The notes beneath the pieces are model-generated. The model searched no databases, had not been told where the DNA came from, and was given only the letters and a program-made list of their open reading frames with translations. From Promethearchaeota archaeon (lineage in GTDB: Archaea; Asgardarchaeota; Lokiarchaeia; Sigyniarchaeales; SOKP01): a stretch of DNA of 22,011 bases. This document shows positions 16,258 to 22,011 of this stretch, one piece after another (the stretch's first letter is position 1; every line of letters begins with the position of its first letter). Both the position numbers and the translations under genes were made by a program. The DNA lies in NCBI GenBank assembly GCA_008080735.1, contig SHMW01000019.1, positions 33,624 to 55,634 of the forward strand. The letters are read 5' to 3'.

Positions 16258-16773
16258 ATGGTAGATTGGAATAATTATCAATTTGACTGGTTTGCCGTAT
16301 ATTGGAATGAATTTGTAAATTGGTTCATGATCCAACCACTATATGCTCAGATTCTCGTAATTGCTGGGATATTTGCCATCCTTTCCTTAACGCTAGTTTT
16401 AGCCTATTATATAATCAAAGGTTTGGTATATTTAGTTTATTATATATTTAAAGGTACATACTATCTGCTCAAATATATTGGGGTGGGTATCTATAAGCTG
16501 TTCAAAGCATTATATTATGCAATATCTGGAAAAGAAGATCCATCAAAAATATCTATCCAGTATAATACTGTGAATGGTTCCTCTCAGTCTTATCCTAAAA
16601 AAGAGATAAAACCCGTTTTTTGTTTTAAAGAGCCAGATAAAGTGAAGTTTTGCTCAGAATGCGGCTCTGAATTTTCCGAAAAAGCATTTGACTTACTTAG
16701 TTCGAGAGGTAGCGTTTATTGTGAAAATTGTGGCACAAAATATAATTCCTCTCCAATAGAAGGAATTTCATAA
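16258..16773 (+). CDS. Membrane-anchored protein with C-terminal zinc ribbon
   Basis: Trp-rich N-terminus, hydrophobic helix at aa 28-50, Tyr/Lys/Gly 11-residue repeats, and CSEC...CENC. Confidence 0.7.
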   Translation: MVDWNNYQFDWFAVYWNEFVNWFMIQPLYAQILVIAGIFAILSLTLVLAYYIIKGLVYLVYYIFKGTYYLLKYIGVGIYKLFKALYYAISGKEDPSKISIQYNTVNGSSQSYPKKEIKPVFCFKEPDKVKFCSECGSEFSEKAFDLLSSRGSVYCENCGTKYNSSPIEGIS

Positions 16774-16876
16774 CAATTTTTTCATTTTCTTTTTTAATGA
16801 GATAATAATTTTAGTTTTTATTTCTTTAAACTTCACTAAAGTAATTTTTTAATCTTCTTAATTTATTCAAATTATT

Positions 16877-17848
16877 ATGATCCATGCAGTTTTATTGAAT
16901 CCTACTATTGATTTAATCTATAAAATTGAAAATTTTCATGTGGGGGGTACATTCAAGGTAAATGAAAAGGTAATTTTTCCTGTTGGAAAAGCTATTTCTT
17001 ACAGTTTAGCAGTAAAAGAAATAGATCCCAAGATTAATATTAATATTTATGCTTTAGTAGGAAAAAATGAAATAGTACTATATTCTAAATTCTTAAAAAA
17101 CCATAATCTATCTTTTACATTAATTCCTGTGGAAGGTGAGACTCGCTCGAATAAAACTATTAATGATCCAGTAAGTAAATCAACAACCCATATTAGGGAA
17201 TTAGGATTCTCAGTAAGAGATTCAGATTTGAATGAATTGAAAAATCAATTATCTGAGAACATTAAATCGGGTGATTTATGTGTTTTTTCGGGATCAATCC
17301 CTCCTAATACTAATCAAGATATATATTTCGAATTAATTAAATTAGCTAAAAAGCAAAATACACTAACATGTTTAGATTCCAGTGGAAATCCGCTAATTGA
17401 GGGAATTAAGGCAAATCCTACTATTATAAAACCAAATTTAATAGAGTTAAATCAAATTCTCGATAAAAAAATAATTAAAAATATTGATTTGAATGAACCA
17501 TCAAAAGCATATTCCACGATAATTGAGGAAACTAAAATACTCCTTAATAATGAATTACAAACAATTGCGATTACTTTAGGTAAAAAAGGGGCATTATTAT
17601 TGACTGAAGAATATAGCCTATTTGGGAATGTTTTAATAGATAAACCGATATTAGATACTGTCGGTTCTGGTGACTCATTTTTAGCAGGTCTAACAACACA
17701 GTATATAAAAACTAAAAATATACTTGAAAGTTTTGGTTATGCAATTGCTACAGGTGCGGCAAATACTCTTAAAATAGGACCTGGAATATTAAATTATAAT
17801 GATTTTACGGCACTTTTAGAAAAAGTGGTTATAAAGAAAATTAATTAG
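16877..17848 (+). CDS. PfkB-family sugar kinase (1-phosphofructokinase/tagatose-6-phosphate kinase-like)
   Basis: LNPTID, GETR, SGSIPP, LDSSG, IKPN..EL, TLGKKGA, and the signature DTVGSGDSFLAG. Stop codon overlaps the purA stop (17845-17848). Confidence 0.9.
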   Translation: MIHAVLLNPTIDLIYKIENFHVGGTFKVNEKVIFPVGKAISYSLAVKEIDPKININIYALVGKNEIVLYSKFLKNHNLSFTLIPVEGETRSNKTINDPVSKSTTHIRELGFSVRDSDLNELKNQLSENIKSGDLCVFSGSIPPNTNQDIYFELIKLAKKQNTLTCLDSSGNPLIEGIKANPTIIKPNLIELNQILDKKIIKNIDLNEPSKAYSTIIEETKILLNNELQTIAITLGKKGALLLTEEYSLFGNVLIDKPILDTVGSGDSFLAGLTTQYIKTKNILESFGYAIATGAANTLKIGPGILNYNDFTALLEKVVIKKIN

Positions 17849-19152
17849 AAAATTTCTTTAAGAATTATAGTATCCTCTCGCTCAGGGCCGATCGAAATGA
17901 TAGCAATATCCACATCTAAATACTCTTTAACCGCATCAAGATACACTTTCATTTCATTTGGTAATGCATCATATCCGTTATTTGCTATTGAAGACCATTC
18001 TTCTCTGGAGCGCTTATCCCATCCTTTAAAATTCTTATAGACTGGTCGACATTTTTCTACAATTTCTGGCTGAATTGGCCAACTTTCTAATATCTCCCCT
18101 TCAAACTCATATCCTATACATATTTTTAGGGGATCTATTCCTTCCAAAGCGTCTAATAGCATTACTGCTATATCTTTAACTCCATTAATCATGACAGAAT
18201 ATTTGATATTAAACAAGTCTAACCAGCCAACTCTACGAGGTCTCCCAGTTGTTGTCCCATATTCATGACCTTGTTCTCTTATTTGATCACCTATTTCATT
18301 TTCTAATTCTGAGGGTACAGCGCCTTCTCCTACTCTTGAGGTGTATGCTTTTATTATTCCTAAAATTGGACCGATTTTATTAGATGGCACTCCCGTTCCA
18401 TTTGAAATTCCAGTTGCATTTGCATTCGATGATGTACCAAAAGGATAAAAGCCATGGTCTATACCTAAAAGAGTTCCTTGAGCACCTTCAAAAATAACTT
18501 TTTTTCCAGAATCTATTTGCTTATTCAGATAGTATGCAGTGTCTATTACATATTTTTTTAATTTGACCCCATAGTCTTTATATTCCTCATAAATTTTATC
18601 CAGTTCTTTATTCCATGTAGGATCATAGCAATGGATTATTTTTTTGTTAATTTCATATAGATTTTCTAATTTCTTTTTTAATAAGTTTGGATGAATTAAA
18701 TCATATAACCTCAATCCAAATCTCGCAGCTTTATCTGAATATGTTGGCCCTATGCCTCTTTTTGTGGTTCCCGCTTTATATTCTCCTTTAAATTTTTCTT
18801 CTAGACCATCAACATCTCGATGAAAGGGAAATATCACATGAGCCGTTGAGCTCAATTTGAGATTAACTTTTTTTCCTCCTATTTCTAGATTTTCAATTTC
18901 GTCCAATAATACCTTTGGATCTACTACACAACCATTTCCAATAATAACTTCTTTTTCGAGAACCGCTCCCGAGGGCATGATGTGAAATTTAAATGTATTA
19001 TCATTATGAACTACAGTATGGCCCGCATTGTTTCCTCCTTGGAAACGCACTACAATATCTGCGTTTTGTGCGAGATAATCAGTTATCTTTCCTTTACCCT
19101 CGTCTCCGAATGAGAGTCCCACTATTCCAATAGTATTTGCTTTTTTTTCCAT
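17845..19152 (-). CDS. purA: Adenylosuccinate synthetase
   Basis: GDEGKGK, RFQGGNNAGHT, GTTKRGIGPTY, EGAQG, KAYTSRVGEG and EYGTTTGRPRRVGW. Confidence 0.97.
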   Translation of the reverse strand: MEKKANTIGIVGLSFGDEGKGKITDYLAQNADIVVRFQGGNNAGHTVVHNDNTFKFHIMPSGAVLEKEVIIGNGCVVDPKVLLDEIENLEIGGKKVNLKLSSTAHVIFPFHRDVDGLEEKFKGEYKAGTTKRGIGPTYSDKAARFGLRLYDLIHPNLLKKKLENLYEINKKIIHCYDPTWNKELDKIYEEYKDYGVKLKKYVIDTAYYLNKQIDSGKKVIFEGAQGTLLGIDHGFYPFGTSSNANATGISNGTGVPSNKIGPILGIIKAYTSRVGEGAVPSELENEIGDQIREQGHEYGTTTGRPRRVGWLDLFNIKYSVMINGVKDIAVMLLDALEGIDPLKICIGYEFEGEILESWPIQPEIVEKCRPVYKNFKGWDKRSREEWSSIANNGYDALPNEMKVYLDAVKEYLDVDIAIISIGPEREDTIILKEIF

Positions 19153-19377
19153 ATTTATTATTCCATATCAAATTAGTATATTTTCTACATTGCTAAACAT
19201 GAATTATGATAATCTTAACTAAACACATAACCACATTTCCAAAAATGATTATTTAATAAAATTTAAAAAATTTTGTTATTATCTCTTTTCTTAATTCAGA
19301 TTTTGAATAAAGGATTTTTCAAAATTGTTCTTTTTTTGTTTCAGTATCTAATTTTTTATTTTTTTTCAAATATTTTA

Positions 19378-20843
19378 CGGTGGTCGGTCAACCGACATTA
19401 TTAGTGACTTATCCCGCCACCCCCAGTGATTTTTGTTCCGCTCTAAGAAACAGTTCTCTGAGGGTGTTTTGGTTCTGGTTAAGAGTCCAGCTGCGAGAGC
19501 TCATTTTTCGAGTTCGCTTAAGTTGAATGCGCTTCCTATTCATTTTCCAAGAGTTATAAAGGAAAATCCGTGCAAGCATATCGAGATATCTCACATTATC
19601 GTGGTTCGAGCGCCATCGTCTATTACTCCGATTTAAGTCGGAAAATCCTGTCTCGATAAGCCATCGACGGCGATAAAAGAGGGATGTGCGGGACGCCCAT
19701 GAGCTTTCCTTCCCCTTTGGTTTCTCGGTTGTCATAATCGTAAAAACTCTATGATATGCATCCTTCAGAGGGAGTGTCCCTCTCCGAACATCTCTCTTAA
19801 TAGTTTGGAGAGAAAACCCCCGTTTTGCCCGTATTATGAGGTTAACATCGCTTTTAAAATGGCGCTTTGCTGTGGTAGCGGTAGAAAATGAATACTTTAG
19901 CACTCGCCCCGATTTTCCCTTCAAGTATTCTTTAATAAATTGCTTGATTTTTTTATATTGTTTCGCGGGCATCAATACATTGCCACCTTTTTGTTTTATA
20001 TCATCTATCAATTCAGCTCTATAAAATTCGCGATCCATTAACACATATTTTAATTCAAATCCCAATTCGAGAAGATGAGCCAAGAATGTTTTGATTATTG
20101 GAATCTTAGATTGACCATTTGCCACATGCTCCAATCCTGCATACAGATGGACATTTCGAGAAAGCAATGAAAAGCCGAGATAAGGCGCATTTTTTTTGTT
20201 CCCTTTTGTCGATTAGTCCCCTTGATCATTTTGTCTTCACGTGCTCCATAATAGGGATGTTCTGTAAAATCGATTAATACATTCACCTTTTTTGAGATGA
20301 GGTTAGATCTGTATGCGTCTTGTAATTGTTTATCAAGACATTCACGCAGAATTCTACGAGTTTTTCTAATCCCTATTCTCCGTAAATATTTGTTAACCTC
20401 GGTTTGGTGGGGGACATATCTTTTTTTGCGCCCGTCTGAAAACATTTCCCGTCTTCCCTTTTTATGACTCAATATGTACGCATTAAGCTGCTCGCTGGTG
20501 TCATGAATGGATCTACCTATAATTTCTGAAAAGAAGAATACTCTTAGAAAGTCTGAATCCTCATATTTAGAGTTTTTTGCCCGTTTGATTCGCCATGTGC
20601 GAGAGATGACTACATCACAAAACTTTTTATAAAATAAGAGAATACTATCATTAGAAAGAAGTGATTTAATTCCTAATTTCCGAATAGAAGTGGGAAATAT
20701 TCCATGTACGGTCATACATGAATATAATCACTTCTTTCTTTTTAATCTTGCGGTTATCCGCCAGAGGAATTAAATTTTTAAAAATAATATTTCAAAATAC
20801 CGATTGAGATGTGCTATTTCATAGGATGGCTCAGAGACCACCG
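19378..20843 (-). mobile_element. Insertion sequence, ISH3-like (IS4 superfamily DDE), 1466 bp
   Basis: Terminal inverted repeats CGGTGGTC (19378-19385) and GACCACCG (20836-20843), with scattered further matches. The C-GT terminus and length fit ISH3. Encloses a DDE transposase. Visibly more GC-rich than the flanks. Confidence 0.8.
19409..20715 (-). pseudogene. ISH3-like DDE transposase split by a -1 frameshift (pseudogene or programmed frameshift)
   Basis: ORF 20095-20715 carries the first Asp (LIDFT). ORF 19409-20167 carries the second Asp (LMDREF) and the Glu (YRRRWLIETGF). One -1 shift near 20185-20197 joins them into about 435 aa. Confidence 0.85.
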
Positions 20844-20856
20844 ACAATAATATGAT

Positions 20857-21654
20857 CTACTTACTTTGAGACTGTTTGATTTTTTTTCTTTCCATAATAT
20901 ATTTCATAATAAAAAATAGGAAGAAAGCATATACCATTATCTGGGCGGGTTGGACTGCTTGCCAAATAAATAAGTAGATTTCGGCTAAAAAATTAAGAAT
21001 TGGATTACCAAGATCGGGGAGTTTAACTAATTCTCCTTTTAAACCTTCTAAAATGAACAAATTATTAATATATTGAAAAAATAGATTTGGAAAAATAATG
21101 TAGGGTATTAAAAATAGTAAAAAGGGAGTTATATATCTTGGAATATCCCTTAATTTTAATTTCCTCAGAATAACCCACAAAAGTAGGAAAAGAAAACTGG
21201 TTATTTTAAAACAAGATAATGCAAAAAATATCCCACTCAACCAGATTTTATTCGTATCCAAATATAAATACGATTGAAAGAGGAAAAATAAAATTAAGAA
21301 ATTACTATTTCCCAAGTAGGCATCGAAGAAAAATCCGATATAGCTTAAAAGAATAAAACTATAGACAACAAAATCATCTTTAGAAATTTTTTGAACTTTA
21401 TTTATAACATACAAATATGTTATCAATCTGAATATATCCCATAAATATATTGAGATCTGTGGTGGAATTATATAGAAAGGGAAAAATAAGAAATACCAAT
21501 AATAGAGATAAATTGCAGCTCTAGCTTTGTTTTCATCATAAAAATGATAAAGCCCTCCCTCCATATGATCTCTTAAAATATAGAAGTCGGCATCAAAAGG
21601 ACCTTCCATAAAATATGGAAAATCGAATAATACAAATAAAATTCGAAATATCAT
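20857..21654 (-). CDS. GT-C fold membrane glycosyltransferase, GT87/DUF2029-like (true start probably upstream, ~21729)
   Basis: Polytopic membrane protein with a DADF loop, YLYYW..LFFPF, GNSN, and SGIFFALSCFK (the GN....G......K pattern of GT87). Confidence 0.65.
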   Translation of the reverse strand: MIFRILFVLFDFPYFMEGPFDADFYILRDHMEGGLYHFYDENKARAAIYLYYWYFLFFPFYIIPPQISIYLWDIFRLITYLYVINKVQKISKDDFVVYSFILLSYIGFFFDAYLGNSNFLILFFLFQSYLYLDTNKIWLSGIFFALSCFKITSFLFLLLWVILRKLKLRDIPRYITPFLLFLIPYIIFPNLFFQYINNLFILEGLKGELVKLPDLGNPILNFLAEIYLFIWQAVQPAQIMVYAFFLFFIMKYIMERKKIKQSQSK

Positions 21655-22011
21655 AAATATAATAACTGTAATGATAATTCCAATTGAAACAAGCTTTATT
21701 CTATCGGAAAAGTAGCTTCTGAGTCCTATATAATAATATATGCCTTATTTATTTCAATTTAGCAAATCAATCGTATAAATTTACAATCTTACTTAAGATT
21801 TTTCATTAAAGAAGAGCATTACAAAACAATTTGCTTTTATAAAAATCAGCATAGGTATTTTTTTATAATTGTTTTTTCATTAATGAGATAAATATTAACA
21901 AATTATTTCAGAAATGTCTTTTTCAAATAGAAATAGGATTTTATTCGATTTATCTCATAATGAGATGCTTAACATTTTGGAAAGTGAATATTTTGAATTC
22001 TTAAACCTTTT

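Noticed and set aside
17845-19152. Possible PurZ (diaminopurine pathway) or altered-specificity PurA, given MLLD in place of TKLD
   Set aside because: The catalytic Asp in GDEGKG is retained (PurZ has Ser there) and the guanine-specifying Asp is present. The Lys position varies among ordinary PurA enzymes.
137-20024. Short ORFs antisense to or nested in longer genes (137-541, 2560-2751, 2899-3090, 4835-5086, 8974-9159, 9107-9376, 10944-11135, 11480-11707, 12138-12455, 12582-12797, 14078-14422, 19433-19636, 19836-20024)
   Set aside because: They overlap well-supported genes and have no recognisable motifs, so they are treated as shadow ORFs.
1-22011. tRNA, rRNA, CRISPR array, prophage or defence island
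   Set aside because: No GC-rich structured RNA-like stretch, no regularly spaced repeats, and no viral or defence motifs were recognised by eye.

Overview
AT-rich, gene-dense window that most likely comes from an Asgard archaeon of the Lokiarchaeia type. This is inferred from a gelsolin-domain protein, many zinc-ribbon tags, a HEAT module typical of the group and an ISH3-like IS. The left block (1.4-9.6 kb) is the most unusual part. It holds a gelsolin-domain protein with a tandemly duplicated unknown domain, a zinc-ribbon LOR/scramblase(tubby)-fold protein head-to-head with a phosphatidylserine/archaetidylserine synthase, a TrmB-like wHTH + long coiled-coil + degenerate PLD-like protein, and two tandem paralogous vWA + PHD/RING-like zinc-finger proteins. 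The rest is mostly metabolic: MFS transporter, acyl-CoA dehydrogenase-rubredoxin fusion, PLP amino-acid racemase convergent with a D-aminoacylase, PNPOx-like flavoprotein, DUF2284, PfkB kinase, purA and a GT87-like glycosyltransferase. A 1466-bp ISH3-like IS has its transposase split by a -1 frameshift at or next to an A8 run. No rRNA, tRNA or CRISPR array was recognised. All family calls come from motif recognition by eye, not database searches.
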